Shown: piece by piece, positions 39,731 to 53,724 of the stretch
Layout: each line of letters begins with the position of its first letter
Numbering within the stretch: position 1 is the stretch's first letter
From: Lama glama
Taxonomy: Eukaryota
NCBI GenBank assembly: GCA_028534125.1
Contig: CM052846.1
Location: 4,154,001-4,218,000 of the forward strand
DNA: 64,000 bases
Direction of reading: 5' to 3'
Notes under the pieces: model-generated
The model's database searches: none
What the model saw: the letters and a program-made list of their open reading frames with translations, nothing else
What the model was told of the DNA's origin: nothing
Made by a program: the position numbers and the translations under genes

Positions 39731-40142
39731 AGAATGGTGTTACCACCACATAGTCTGATGGAACCAAGAGGCCCTTGCTCTAGCTGTTGAAGAGCCTGCC
39801 TCACCTTGGTGGCGGACGGGCTTGTCCCTCAGGGCCCCTGGCTTTGAAGCCCTGCTCTGCCGTTGTCCAGCTGTGTGGACTCGGGTGAAATCCACTTCGA
39901 GCCTTGGCTTTCTTGGTAAAACAGAGAACACAGCACTTGATTTATAAACTTGATTGAAGGATACACGGGCCACTCCAGATAAAACATTCGGAGCAGTAAC
40001 CGAAGTGCGCTGTGGGGCACACGCAATATTTTCCAGCTATTAGCAACGTCGTAGTTAGTGTTACTATTATTGCCACCTGAACTCCTTGAGCTGTACTTTG
40101 CCTAACAAGCTACAGAACCTACAAAAAGTAACAAATCACTTT

Positions 40143-40974
40143 GATTAATTCTCCTTATCCATGGGGAGTATGTTCCATGGCCCCCAGCGGATGCCTGAAA
40201 CCACAGACAGTACCAAACCCTGTACACACACTGTGTTTTTTTTTTCCTACAGTATGTACTATGATACTGTTTAATTTATAAATTAGACGCAGTAAGAGAG
40301 TAACAACAATAACAAATAATAAAATAAAACAAGTGTAACAATTCACTGCCATAAAAGTTATGTGAATCCGATGTCTTGCTCTCTCAAAATATCTTCTCCT
40401 ATAAATTTAATGTCTTTTCCATCTTAACTAAGCACTTATCACACACGGTGGCCCTAACTTTTGTAGTTTTAGGTGCAACAGCAAAATTAGTACCCATTTC
40501 TTTCTCCTTCTTCACAATTTCACAGACAGAGGCCATGTTCTTACTATAGATCTTAGCCACTTCGGCATGCAACTTTCCTTCTTTCCTTATTAAGTTGGGA
40601 ACTTTCACCTTTTCACTTGAAGGAAGTACTTTACAGCTTCTCCTTGGCGTGGAGGATTGCCAGCCTCACTGCTCATGCGCTTTGGGGCCATCATGAAGTA
40701 AAATAAGGGTTACTTGAATGCAGGCACCGCTACCCTGGGAAAGCCTGTCTCACAAGGGAAAGGGCTCCTAGGTGACTAATGGGTGGCGGATGCTGAACAA
40801 AGGGATAATTCACGTCCCATGAGGGATGGAGTGGAACAGCTCAAGGGTTCATCACCTACACGGAGCAGCATGCAATTTAAAATTTATGAATTGTTTATTT
40901 CTGGGATTTTTCATTTAATATTTTCTGAACGTTGATCTTGGGTAACCGAAACCACACATAAGACGAGAGTGCTG
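40143..40974 (-). mobile_element. MER44/Tigger7-family TcMar-Tigger DNA transposon deletion derivative
   Basis: Left end ccttatccatggggagtatgttcc...ggatgcctgaaaccacagacagtacc and right end ggtaaccgaaacc...gctg followed by TA match recalled MER44 ends. Minus-strand ORF 40399-40608 (LIRKEGKLHAEVAKIYSKNMASVCEIVKKEKE) resembles the N-terminal CENP-B/psq-type HTH of Tigger transposases. Confidence 0.88.
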
Positions 40975-43558
40975 TAGACCCCTTTTATATTAATGCCTCC
41001 CGAGTCAGCCCGCGCTGCTGAGGTCCCAGCACTTCGCACTAAATTTAATGACAGCGAGCACCAGACTTGGTGTTCTTACACTAGCAGGAACCACGGATGC
41101 AGACGAGACACACATATCACTTACCTGGACTTTATAGAAGACTCTTAGCTAGTAAACCCCAGCCTTTGCCCCTGGCATTGTCCCAACTTCATTCAGCACT
41201 ACCCTGTAACGATTATCTCCCTGAAACATAAATCTTATCAATCCCCTACTTTAAAAATTAATATTTCCCCATACCTAAAAACTAATCAATGCAAAATTCC
41301 ATATTTGTTATTTAAATTTTCTTAAGATATTGCCAATCTAACTTTCTAATTTTTATCTCAATATTATATTCTTCCACTCTATAAATCCATGATTAACTGC
41401 TTTGTGAACACGCTGGGAACCTCCCATTTGCCCTTTCCTGAAGCTGTGTCTTTCCCTAAACGCTACTGCTTACCTCCCTCCTGTATTTAAGTCTGCACCA
41501 TCATCCTTCAAAGCTCGACTTAAATTTAAAGTCTTCCCAAAGCTTGGCTAGTCCCCCCTGCCAGGCTGTGATTAATCAAGACAATGTGGAAAGGACAGAG
41601 CATGCCGAGTGTAGGTCCCACTCCAGCAAAGCACAAGCTCCGACATTAACTTGATGCAATCTTGGGCTACAGGGTACTGCAAACTAGCAAATGCTTAATC
41701 TGTTGTTTTCCCAACTCCTTCCAGGTATTTCCAGAGGTGTAAACCATGAAATGAGCCAGCCTTATACTAGATCCAAAAATTGGAAGGAGTTCTATTTGCC
41801 TGAAGAAGAAGATTTGATGAAATGTCTTTCATTGTGTAATATAGGAAGATATGAGCAGGGCCGAAAAAAAAATGGACTAATTATTTTTGATATGATATGA
41901 CATTGATATATAAAACGTTTCATCATATTGGCAACTGACATCTCCTCAGTCCAGGAGAGGAAGCAGCTCTGTCCAGCCTAATTCTGAGAAAGGCTTTCCA
42001 AATGGCATCCTCAGATGCCGCCCGTAGAAGAGCATCGCAATGTGTCCTGTGTGGTCTGCGCCACCCGAATGACCCTTACCATGGTCTTCTTAGACTGCAG
42101 ATGTTTTGGCTCATGCCTAATCTTTTATACTGGTTTTTACATTCTTGGAAGTCAGGGCCCACATCTGACTTAGCTCTGTGAAGCGTCGCAGAGCCCATTC
42201 AAAAAGCCCTCGTGTATTAGGCACATGGTTCATGTTTTCTGAGTGACTGCTGTGAGGTGGAAGACCGCATCTTAGACTTTGAAATCAGCCTGTCTCGGGT
42301 TTGGATTGACTGTCATCTCTGCTGGTAAACAACTCTGTAACCCAATCATACCTACTTTGTAAGAATGGTTGTGAAGCTGAGTGGGCTGAGACTTGTAAAA
42401 TATAATTTTAGTGTCTGCCTCATAGTAGGTGAACCATGATGAGAAACGTCACTGTAGTTACAGGGGGCAGGGCAAAAAAATTTAGCATATCATTGACCTT
42501 TCCCTCCACTGTCCTCTGAATCAAGTTCCCTCTCATTTTTTTTTTTTTTAATTTCCTAGTCTTCAGAAAATCACCGTGCTCTGTCAGGGTAACGCTTGGG
42601 CTTTTCTGGTGCAGAACCAGGAGAGACGGAGGGACGGGAGAATGAAGGGCGCAGGCCGAGATGGGGAGGAGACGTCCACGTGAGGCCGCAGGGGATGATG
42701 GGAGCTGAGGGGGGAGAAGAGGGGCTCTCGGAGGTGCTACTGTGGCCTGTGTGTCCCCGAGTGCTCAAAGACATGGCCGCAGCCTGCACATCCCTTCTAA
42801 AGGTCTGGAATTGTTTCATAATGACTTCTCTGGCTGGTCTGAGACTGGCACCTATGACAAATCTTTACATGCTAACACACACGATTAAATAATAGATTTC
42901 AGAAATACCAGTCCCCACCATGCGATGAGTGGCACACAGATCTGGAAGTTAAGCCAGCTGCCCCCGTCCCTGCAGGAGCCGACATGCGGTCTTCACTGGG
43001 ACATCTCAGAAGGAGTGGTGGCTCTGACTGGTTGTAAGAGTTCTTCATTGGTCAGTTCTGATCTACATTTTTGGCTCCCACATTGTTCATCTTTAAAAGT
43101 CAAGCCTGCTGAATCCTGGACTCTTCAGTGAGGCCCTTGGGGATCAAAAAATATAAAGTAGGAGAAGGCAGATGATTGTATGGAAGAAATCTAGTTTAAT
43201 CCCCTGAGATTGCAAGGTTCTTGATTTCAGACAATAATAGTTCTGTAGGAATCCCAGGACCCAGGACCCTGTGAGATTTTTTTATCCCCATTCATTTATT
43301 CAACAAATATTTACTGAGATCACACTCTTGACAGTGGCTAAGTGCTGTAGGTACAAAATTACGTTAATTCTCCAAAGTGATATGATGGATCATATTATTT
43401 TACCCATTATAAAGACTGAGAAACTAGGGCTCCCAAAGAAGTAGTAACTCCCTTTAAATTAAGCAACTAATAAGTGGTAGACAGAGTGTCTGATTCCAGT
43501 GATAAAATGTAATAGAATGTAACCAGGAACATTCTGAAGACGCCCAAGGTGCTCTGCG

Positions 43559-43698
43559 CAGGACTGGATACTTAATTTACATGGCCCAGTGTGAAATGAA
43601 AAGGCAGGGTCTCTCGTTCATAAATTATTTAGAATTTCAAAATAGCAACAGTAGAGCGTTACACCAAACAAGGTTCTGCACACACGAAGCCAGCTCTG
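43559..43698 (-). mobile_element. MER45A hAT-Tip100 element, internally deleted
   Basis: caggactggatacttaatttacatggcccagtgtgaaatgaaaa...tagaatttcaaaatagcaacagtagagcgttacaccaa...gaagccagctctg matches the reverse complement of recalled MER45A. Confidence 0.8.
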
Positions 43699-46600
43699 GT
43701 TTTCTGATTCCATCATCCCAAATTTATCCTATGGGCCTAACTTCTCCAAGGACATGATTTTTAATTATGAAGTTTTGGCTCCTTTTTTTTTTATTTATTT
43801 CAATCTCTGTAATTTTGTTAGTGATTTCATTTGCATCCTTAAGTTGCAAGAAGCAGGGCTTGGCCAAATGGTAAACTGGGAAGAACTGGACGGGCTCCTT
43901 CCTACCAGCCAGAGGAAGCCACGCTTCTGAAGCGCTGGTGTTGACTTGAGCATCAGTGTAACGGTCCCCTAAACACATTTTTTCCTTTGCGGGCAGGAAA
44001 ATAAAAGAACAAAAACAAAAAAGGCACACAAACAAAAATCACTCAAAGAAAGGAAAAATGCTATTCCCTTCTGGCGAGAAAGATTCACCGCTCTGGACCC
44101 TGCAGAATAACAATGATGCTCATGGCTGCCTAGGCTGGCCTGGGCACCAGACTCCTGAGGCCGTCTCACAGCACAGACTCGCTACCTTTGACAATCATCA
44201 CATTTGCTGAGATTTGGGCTTTAAGGATGCTGTGTATTATTATGTAAGCATTATCTTTAATGCACAGCAGTGCTGTATTTTGAGTGGAGTCATCCAGGCT
44301 GATAGAATAGGATGCCAGGACCACACTTTCTCTGGATTGTATTTATTCACTTATTTTACAGAATGCATTGCTTGAGTTCCTTGGTCTGTGACAGCTAGAA
44401 GCTTTACAAAATTTAAGGGACACGTATATTATGTATAGCTGCTCACAGCGGTTGGCACTAAAACTCCAGTTACTGCCACACCACAGGACTTTCTTTTACT
44501 GGATTTATCAGAAGTTAGGTTAGTTATTGAATCATTTCCTCTCAGCCTCCACTTCCCAAAGCATCCCAGAAGTTGAGACTCCGGCCAGCCCAAGAAGTCC
44601 AAAGCGCCATTAGGGCATAAATCTTAATACAGAAGGCATCACTGAAACCAATAGGATTTGGCAGGTCCCATCATATATCAAAGGATGCAGAACACAGGAT
44701 AGAAGCAGTGGTCACCTTCTGTGACTTTACACCGTGGTTCACTCACCTGCCATTCAAGCGAGTCTGGGAGTCCGAAAATGTTCTTGCCTTATTCCTGCAG
44801 AGGCCCTATACTATGGGCTCTCTGGGACAGTCTCAATTCCAAAGATTCCATCCTGTTGTCCCCATAAGTGTATTTAGACTTGTCAGATCCTGTGTCCTGA
44901 TTTTGTGGTTCAGAAAATATGTTTTCTGTGATTGCTTCTCATCACATCCATAGTGAAACTGAACTGGGGAAACTTGCATGAATTTTTGTTTTTTTTTAAA
45001 TAGCTGGGCCTCAAAATTTCTTATCTGAAAAATATCAGGAAAGTGAACAAGGGGCTGTCTACCGGTCACAATATCTCACTTTTTAAAGTGCTAGGACAGG
45101 GTTTAAACAGTATCTTATGTGGAACCACAGTAAGAAATGATGAAAGTGAAGATGTTCTGGGTGAAGTGGGTGACTGACTCAGCCACATCCCTGAGAAGAG
45201 CCTCTTCTAAAGCATTTCCTTTGGAAGCTCAGCCTCTGAAGCATGCAGCCTGAAAATCCTTGGATGATGACCCCCTTTCTAACACTAACGAATGCGGTAG
45301 AACCCTGAAAATTGTCTTGAGCTCAAAGGTGGTGGGCGGTTGGGCAGGAGGTTAGCTGCAAGGAAGTCTGTCCTCATGCACAGTCCCTCAGGGTGACTCT
45401 TGTGCTCAGCAGATGATCGTAAATGTAAGGGTTACTGGTCTTCTGTCCAGTGCACTGGGCCCCTGGAGAAGTGACTTGTGATTTTCCTTGGAGGAGAAAA
45501 GGCAGCGCGGATTATTGGAGAGTTTTCTGTTGGGGCATGAGAAGATTTGAGTTCCGGGCTTGGTTCTGCCACAAACGCATTCAGGAAGTCGTTCGCTCTT
45601 CTTGGAGGCCCATTTCTAAAACTATAGGAGTGTTCATTTAGAATATGTGATCACAAAGGTCTCATCCACCTTCAGCAAATTCAATGATTACACTCAGAGA
45701 TGTCAAAAAATTTTAATAGAAACTCAACCCCATCTCTAAATCTAAGGAGAGAGAAATAGCAGTGTGTCTGCTTCTTTGTCCTCATTTTTCACCCCAACCT
45801 ACTCTCAGCTCTGTTCTATTGTGCTGTGTGCATTCTGGTTGCCCTTGCCTGAGGTTCAAGAGATATAAACAGCAATTTCACAGGGAAAAAAAATGTAATT
45901 CTCTCATACATGGTAGAAAGGCACAGAGAAAAGAATACGGGGTGTGGAGGCAGATAAACTTGGCCTCCCGTGTCCCCCCGCTCCCTTGGAAGAGGGCTGA
46001 TGATCTCCAAGGGTTCTCCCTATTTAAAGAGTTCACATCTAAAGAGAAAGATAAATTAGTAATATAAGGGCAATCTTCAAAACAGATTCAGGAGCATTCA
46101 CTTGTTCACCCACACATTAGCAGGAAACCTCAGATAGCCCAGCTTTAATTGCCACTTGCTAAGTCAATGGCTGCTGACTCTGGGCTGGCCAGCGGAGCCA
46201 AAACCCAGGCAGAATTCACACCAGAGTGGCAGGCTTGGATTGCCTCAACCCGGTCCCCACGTGCTCTCCAATCTCATCAAGTGGATACGCTTTGCCAGAT
46301 GTTGTTAAATAGTAGACACTGGTGTCAACAACAAGTCCAATCCTTAGGCAATTCTTGTTCTTGATAATGAATGACACAGACTCAAAATACATATATATAT
46401 ACAGAAGCTCAGAAACTGAATGTGTGTGTGTAAGATATTTTGCTTCAAGGCCGTCTGCTCACGTGACATGCTTTAGGGTCATTCATAAGATTCCTTGTGC
46501 TGAAGCATGAAAGTTTATATGTGGAACACACTGTGATCATACATGGCTGGTAGTTTTTAAAAGGTCCCTCCAAATATCCCTGGGCCCCCGTGAATTCTTA

Positions 46601-46869
46601 GCGTGTCTATGAGGTTGCACAGCTAAAGGAAACTGACAACAATTTCTCAGGCGCTAATGTGCCTACGGATCTCGAGGGGAACTCTGGCACAAGGGAGAGC
46701 AGGAATCAGGAGGTCCGGGGACAGACCAAGAGGTGCACCTCTAACAAGCTCTTGGGCGATCTAATGGCGTTGCCCTTCCAGCCTGAGCAAGCTCCCCAGA
46801 GTCCGCCAACCCCAGGTTCCAGCGGAGAGACAACTCACTACCACTACTGTCATTTGTGCCGACACGTAT

Positions 46870-47060
46870 GCTCCATAGCTAGACTGTCTGGGTTCTAATC
46901 CAAGGTCTTCCACTTACCATCAGTGTGACCTTGGGCAAGCTCTCCGCCTCTGCCTCACCGTCTCCTCGTGTTGACAAAGGGAACACAAGCATTTCTGTGC
47001 GCGCCGTGACGCACTGCCTGACACGTGGCGACACACTCAGTCAGGGTTCGTTGTTACGAA
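46870..47060 (+). mobile_element. MIR, GC-enriched
   Basis: ctagactgtctgggttctaatcc...ccacttacc..tgtgaccttgggcaagc...tctgcctcaccgtctcctcgtg...cactgcctgacacgtgg. Confidence 0.75.
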
Positions 47061-48269
47061 TCCAAGGGCGGACTTTTTAACCCTCCATTGAAATAGTGGG
47101 CGATCTTGTGAGGTGTCTGGAAGCCAGGGCTGAGGAATGCACATTTATCCATGCTTCTTTATAGGAAATGATTTAAGCCAGCTGGTTATTAATTGCTTTC
47201 CTCAAGTACCCATATCTGTCACGGCTGACATGAATATCAATATACAAACATAGACTTGAAAATAACTACAAATGTGTGTATCTAAAGAGAGAGATACACC
47301 CGAGGTGAACGTTTAGCTTTCAATATTGTTAACTGGCTGATCTTAAAGCCATTCAATTGATGGTGTTAATAAAAGTACTAACTTACTGTATCTAGCTAAT
47401 TATATGACATTTTGCATTCTTTGGATTCCCGTTAGGTTAGTGTTAGACATTGACTTTGGTTTCAGTATCAAACTGAGAAACAGACCATGTGGGTCTGTGC
47501 GTGTGTTTTCTGTTACAGTCACTTAATTTTCTTACTGTTACGATGACACAAAGAATGTCAACAAGACCCAGTTAGGTACTTAATTATGTACCTCTGTGGG
47601 GTATAAATCCGGGGCAAGAGAGCCAGAGGGCTCTGAGAAACGTCACTTTTGAGGAGTGAGGACACAGGTTGCCTGAGAAGCTTTGACTATAGTCGGGATT
47701 TCTGTGCAAGCAAACTGTCATGAATGTGGTTTCCCCGAACAAATACATAATTTGTCTGAGCAGCAGGACCTGGGGGCTAACGTGTACATCTCGGAAGCAC
47801 TAAATCCCTTTAGCCATCCTGAACGCTGATCTAAGACACGGTTCCTTTTAAATCATTTCATCTCTCCCGCTTCCCACGTGCAAAGGAGGGACTAAGGATG
47901 CCCGTCTCGCCTCAGCAAAGCTCTGGCACGAACTCATCACAGTTTATAAATGGTTGCAAAGGACTGCCCCCAAGAAAGGTATACGCCAAGGGGGTGTTTA
48001 CACTCACCCACACCATAGTGGGAACGCAGGTGAATGCCAGAGAAAATTGATGACAAATGTCGCAAGGCGAAGCGTTTACTCTGGGAGTGCAGGAGCGGTG
48101 GCGTCCTGCAGGAGGATGGGGGGTGGTTCAGCCCGCAGGCAGAATGCGTGTGTCATTTAAAAAAAGAGTGGTGTGCAGAGTCTAGGAGCTGGAGGACGGC
48201 GCTGCTTGCTAGGGTCTGTCAATCGAAAATGGTAGAACGAAATGCAGTTGGCAAACTGGTTCATTTGTT

Positions 48270-48585
48270 CGTTTTCTCAGCAAAACTTCACTGAGAAGCA
48301 GAGAAGCAGTGACAACCCAAGCAGTGTGCTACGTGCCAGAAAACACCAAGTTTATTGTCCTTCATTTTAAGAAGCCCTCGGTCCAGGGTGGAGACAGACA
48401 CAGGAAACCATGATCACGGCTGGGTGTCACAGGTGTTCTGGCGAAATCATACACCAAGGTGCCGTGAGAGCAAACGGGAAATGCACCTGTTTAAACGAGA
48501 CTCTGGATTGGGAGCAAGGTTTCTGGAGGTGATGCTCGCATTGAATTTGCAGGATAAATCAGACTTTGCCTCATTGAGGATGTGG
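48270..48585 (-). mobile_element. L2 fragment
   Basis: gtccagggtggagacagacac...caaggtgccgtgagagca...aggtttctggaggtgatgctcgcattgaatttgcaggataa. Confidence 0.55.
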
Positions 48586-50893
48586 GGGGAAAAAAACCCT
48601 CAGCCAGCCAAGCTCAGTGACTCACAGGCTGAGGTCACACATCCTGATGCTTCTGCGTTTATGTGAGATCTCTCTCTGGTCAAGGAAGTTAAGATTTTAA
48701 CAGAAACCTTTCCATAGGAGACATGGGGGAGAGTAACCAGGGCTTCAGAAGGTTTTCGAGGTTTTCAGCTTAGGATTTTTCGAAATGTTCCTCTTCTTCC
48801 CCAATCAGAGAAACTCCAGCTTACTCTCACTGCATGCCAGTCACCCCTGGGAGGGGCTAATCCAAAAAGAGTTATGCGGCCAAAGGAAGTCTGAGAACCA
48901 CAGCACAGTGTTCAGGAGAACCTTGCCTTCACAGAGACATCAGCCATCTGCCTGCACGTGAGTCGTCCTTTTCTCGGCTTCTGTCCAGGTCAGCGTCCTC
49001 AGCATCCTCCTTGACCTCCCAGGACCTCTCTGACACCCCGACGTCAACTAATTTCATGGGTGTACATCACAGCCTCACTCCATCAGGAAAGAGCTCTCTG
49101 ATTCCCGAGTTTTCTGCTCTTTCCTCAGACTTGATGATCCACTATGGGCTTATGGATGGCCACCGCTCTGTGTTGACCCTGCCAGGGGAGCACGTCCTCC
49201 TGTTTAGCTCACAGTCAGTTTCACCTCAAAGAAGTGGAAGCCGTGGCATTAACAGCATCACGAAGTTCTGTGGTTTAAATGATGGGTTTCAAGCAGTCAC
49301 ATCCTCTGTCGGCAACAGGTGAGCCCGGGCTCCAAGGGCAGAGGGGCGCTGAGGCGTCTTGCTGCAGCAGGTGTAGGATGTGCTCCAGGTGAGGGGCCCC
49401 TGGACCCTGCCGCTGCCAGTGCGTCCTGGAAGCCTTGAATATCTATCTGACCGGGGACTCACATGGTATCCAGGAAGAGGAAGAAGGGACAGGGTTAGAG
49501 GGGGGAGGGGAAGAAGGAGAAGGGGAAGCAAGAGAGCCACTGACGAAGAGACTGGTTCGGGGAGACTGAGAAGTTGTCTCAGCGCCCAGGAAGGAAGGGC
49601 GCAAAAAACGTAAGCTTACATTATTATTTATAAATACTGGAACGCGAACCACCCCCCACGGTGAGAGAAGTGTTAGAGAAATCGAGACGCGCAGAAAGAA
49701 GGAAAGAAAGAGGGAGAGGGAGTAACTTTCCCCACCGAGCTGCTTTCCTGAACAGTTTAGGTCAGTTTCAAGTAGGTCACAGGGATGTGTGTATCTTGCG
49801 AATAAAGTCTTTAATCGGCTGATGGATATGAAAAAATAAATTACCGTGGCAAAATGTAATAAAACGTTAAAGGGAAAATGATGAGGGTAATATAACTACA
49901 TTGATTTAACTAGGATGATATAGAGGAATTGTCTGTTTTATAGGTTCCTAGATGTCTCTTAGTGGCTCTGTATTAAGGAATAGGGCTGTTCTCTTGATAT
50001 ACTTAAGAGCTGTCAGTAATTCCTATTTCACAGTCCACTGCTTCAATTCAGAAAGTGTGTTCCAGCCCTTGGTGACCCCATCCCGGGGGCACTGGAGGGT
50101 GACCAGCTGCCAAGGGTCAGCGTTCAGGCAGCGACTGGGGAAGCAGCCGTATTACTCAAACCTGGGCTGCATGTAGGGGAGCCAGTCACTTCAGCTGCCT
50201 CCCCCCTGCCCTGCCACCTCTGGAGCTGCACTGTCATTTGTTTTAATCACTCCTGGCGTTGAGCTCATTATGTCCCATCTTCTCTGGAGAGAGTAGCCTC
50301 TGTGGTGGGTGGAAATGGTAATTGAGGACACTTAGCGAGCAGGCGTCATGCCAGCCCCTGGGGGCATATGTCCCCCGGAGCCAGGGCACCTTCCAGGATA
50401 AAGCAAGAGACGTGAGCTTTAGAATGTCACTTTTCCACTACGATAATGTCACTGACCTATAAAAAGGACCCTATGGTTCCCCCATGGCCCACTGAGTCAA
50501 GCCCGAACTATTAACAGAAAAAGAAGGAAACTCACCACTTCTGATCACTTTCTGGGCACCCTGCTCTGTGCTGGACACGGTCTTGTGTTAACAGGTTTAA
50601 TACTCACATGGATGCTTCACAGATAAGCTGGCAGCGGTGACTCTACCTGTCGGATATCCAGCCTAATGATATGTTGTTTCTCCTTTACACCTAAGTCTCT
50701 TTAATGATACTTTTCTTATTTCTTCCACTTAATGTGGCCAAGACCATCTAGCTGCCTTTCAAGTGTCTGGATAAAGGTAAAGTGCTGGAAGGGTCTAGGC
50801 TGGGCTGTGCAGCCTTAGGCTGTGTGTCCTCGGCTCAGGCACGCACCCTCTCTGGGCTCCATTCTCAGCAAAGGTGAGAATGTTGAAGTAAGG

Positions 50894-51092
50894 CAGTGGT
50901 CCTCCACCATGAGCAATGTTGCCCCCAATGTCTGGAGATATTTTTGATCATCAGGATCGGTGGGGACTGGGTGTCTAGTGGTGTCTAGAAGCCAGGGATG
51001 CTGGGAAGCATCCGACAGTGCCCAGGGCAGCCCCCAACAGCAGTGATGTTTCCAGCCCGGAATGTCAGTAGTGCCGAGAAGGAGAGACCTCG
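50894..51092 (+). mobile_element. MER20 hAT-Charlie element
   Basis: cagtggtcctccacc...caatgtctggagatattttt...gccagggatgctgggaagcatccgacagtgcccagggcagccccc...cagcccggaatgtcagtagtgccgag matches recalled MER20 consensus. Confidence 0.88.
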
Positions 51093-51709
51093 ACAGAGTG
51101 ACCACGACTGGCTTTTCCAGCCCTCCCCAACCCCAGCCCATAACACCTGCTGCTTTCTCTGTGTTGTTCAATGTCAAGTCCATCTGAACTACATTCCATC
51201 CCCGTTTCATCCCCAAACATGTCGTCCTTTTCCACCTCTCTCACTTTGCTCATTCTGTTCCCTAGACCCAAAATGCCATCCCACCTCACCTCTACTGCTG
51301 ACTTACCAGCCATTCCTGAAGCCCTGTCTCAAGGGGAGGGGAGCCCTCCTTCCCCCACCCCCTCCGCCCCCCACGTGAATCAGTCTCACACTGCCTCAGC
51401 ACCAAAGACGCTGAAACGTTTCTGAATCAAATATGACCTAAAATGAGTCAGTTTTCCAACTTTTATCTGTTGTTCAAGGTCTTCTTTTAATATTAATAGT
51501 GGCTATCTTTTATTAAATTCCTATTATCTGTTTGGCACTGTATTTTCTGAGATTTATTTTTAAAGGTCTATCATTTCATCTTCACGCAGCCCTGCAAGAT
51601 AAATAGTATCCCCATTTTGCAGATGAAGAGCTGAAGCTCAGAGACGTTATGCAATTTGTTCGAGGCAATTTTTGAGTCCTCGGACACATTGTTTAATATT
51701 TAGTGTTAC

Positions 51710-51872
51710 TGCAAACCACAATGTATAAAATAGATAAGCAGCAAGAATATATCGTACAGCACAGGGAAATATAGACATTATTTTAAAATAACTTTAAAGA
51801 CAGTATAATCTATAAAAATATTGAATCACTAGGATACAAAAATTATAAATCAACTATATTTTAATTAAAAAA
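51710..51872 (+). mobile_element. Short L1 3'-terminal fragment, apparently inside a MIR
   Basis: tataaaatagataagcagcaag...tacagcacagggaaatata...aaatattgaatcact...taaatcaactatattttaattaaaaaa. MIR-like halves lie at 51490-51665 and 51880-51960. Confidence 0.75.
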
Positions 51873-52269
51873 TACGGTTAGTATCACAAGGTGGCCAGTG
51901 AATTCAAAACAGGACATGCCTGACTCCAGACCTGTGCACGTTCTTCTCACTGCGCAGCAGAGTTTCTTACTACCCGTGTTTTTTCAAGGCATACGGTCAC
52001 TCTACACTGCCTAAAATAAGCCAGCAACCAAAGCTGTTGCTAGGGACAACTTAGTAAACCTTGTTAGGTAAGTAAACCCCGTATCCTATGAAAAGCAGTC
52101 CAGTAGCTGCAAACCTGAGAGGTGGATTTGGAATGGATAAAGACAACCCAACCTCTTTCCCAGAGGAAGAAGTCAGAGAAAATTCTGCGATTGCAGCAAT
52201 TAATCGTCAGCATTGCCAAATAGCTTTTGGCAGGAAAAACCCAGCTGGCGATGGAGACCTCTCCATCAG

Positions 52270-52715
52270 GTGTGTATATTACTCATTATTGCTGCATGAG
52301 CAGCTACCATAAAATCTGTGCATCACGGTTTCCAAATCAGGAATTCGGAAGCAGCTTTGAAGAGAGGTTCTGATTGAGCGCCTCTCGTGAGGCTGGGGTC
52401 CCCTGCATGCTTGACGGGGCTGCAGGGTTTGTTTGCAAGGGGGCTCACTCACGTGACTGGTGCAGGGCATTGACGGGAAGCCCCCCTCCTCACCATGTGG
52501 CTCTTCCCAGAGGGCTGCTCCGGTGCCCTCGTTACTCTGGAGTGCGCGGTCCAGAGAGAGCAAAGCCTTGGCCTTGGAAGTCACGCAGCGTGGGTTCCGC
52601 GCAGTCTCCTGGGTGAAGAGGCCAGCCCTCTTCAGTGTGGGAGGGGAGCGTCCCAGGGCGTACTCCCCGGGAGGCAAGGGTCACTGTGGCCACATTATGT
52701 CACGATTACTTTAGA
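52270..52715 (-). mobile_element. MLT1-family (MaLR) solo LTR, MLT1F/H-like
   Basis: attgctgcatgagc...tcacggtttccaaatcaggaattcggaagcagct...ggctcactcacgtgactgg...gccttggaagtcacgcagcg...agtgtgggagggga are typical antisense MLT1 motifs. Confidence 0.78.
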
Positions 52716-53724
52716 ACAGTCCCAGGAAGGTTTCCCAAGGCTGCCACACCTGCACCTGAGCCTGAGGGCACACCGCTCTGTGAGACTTTGCTGCCCGGCT
52801 AGGTCAGTCTGGGGTAGTTGGGATTCAGGATAAGCTCCAGGGTAAGATACAAAGATGGCATTCTAAATTGATTCTGGAATAAAGGGATATGGCTCCAGGG
52901 AGCCGAAGGATTGTGTGGTCGAAAAGGTCCCAGGGCTCTCAAAATGAATGGGCTGAGTAAGCAAAGAGATTGCACACACAGAAAAAAGGAAGTGGGGACC
53001 ACCAGCCAAAGACTAAACAGTTATGTGTTATTATCATTTTTTTCCTTCTAGAGACGGCCAGGAGTGTTTTGGTGATTTGTGCCTTTGATAGTGAAAGGGC
53101 TTTAAAGCAGACAAAAGCGAGAGGGCAGCCTACAGCTTCCCACAGAACAGAAAGCAAGAGGACTGCAGCCTGAGAAATCCGAGCGGAGAGGCCAGTCCTA
53201 GCAGGGGGAGGGCGGTTCCCTTCAAAGAGCAAGGAGAGAGACACTTGTCCCCCACTACAATGCTGTATTTCATGGAGACCAATGGAAGTTGGGAACCTGA
53301 AGCCAAAAATACGTGCATCATCAGTTTCGTGTGCCCACCGTGAAAAGGAGGTGTCTTCTCAGTGTCTGTGTGACCCAGCCACGGCCACTGCCAAGTTCCC
53401 CTACAATAGAGAGCCAGTGTAACAGAATACCAATACAACATTCAACACATACATCGTCTAGTATTTTCTCTTAATTCAACTTTTCAGTGTAACTTTGTAT
53501 TCAAAGTACTGTTCTCACATTTCAGATGTTCCAGGATCCTTGCTAGAGGTAATATGCTACTTGCATATCCCACGAAGCTTGTCATCACAGGGAAGTCGGG
53601 GAGTAAACAGACCTGAAGGAAAGTGTTTTAATTGGGTTAGCATAGAAGACTATCATTTGTACTGTTAGCAATAATAACCATCAGAGTAACAGAAGTCAAG
53701 TAGAGGTGGGAGAATTTCATTTAT

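Noticed and set aside
51396-51412. TCAGCACC, a REST left half-site
   Set aside because: The right half (AGACGCTG) deviates too far from GGACAGCG.
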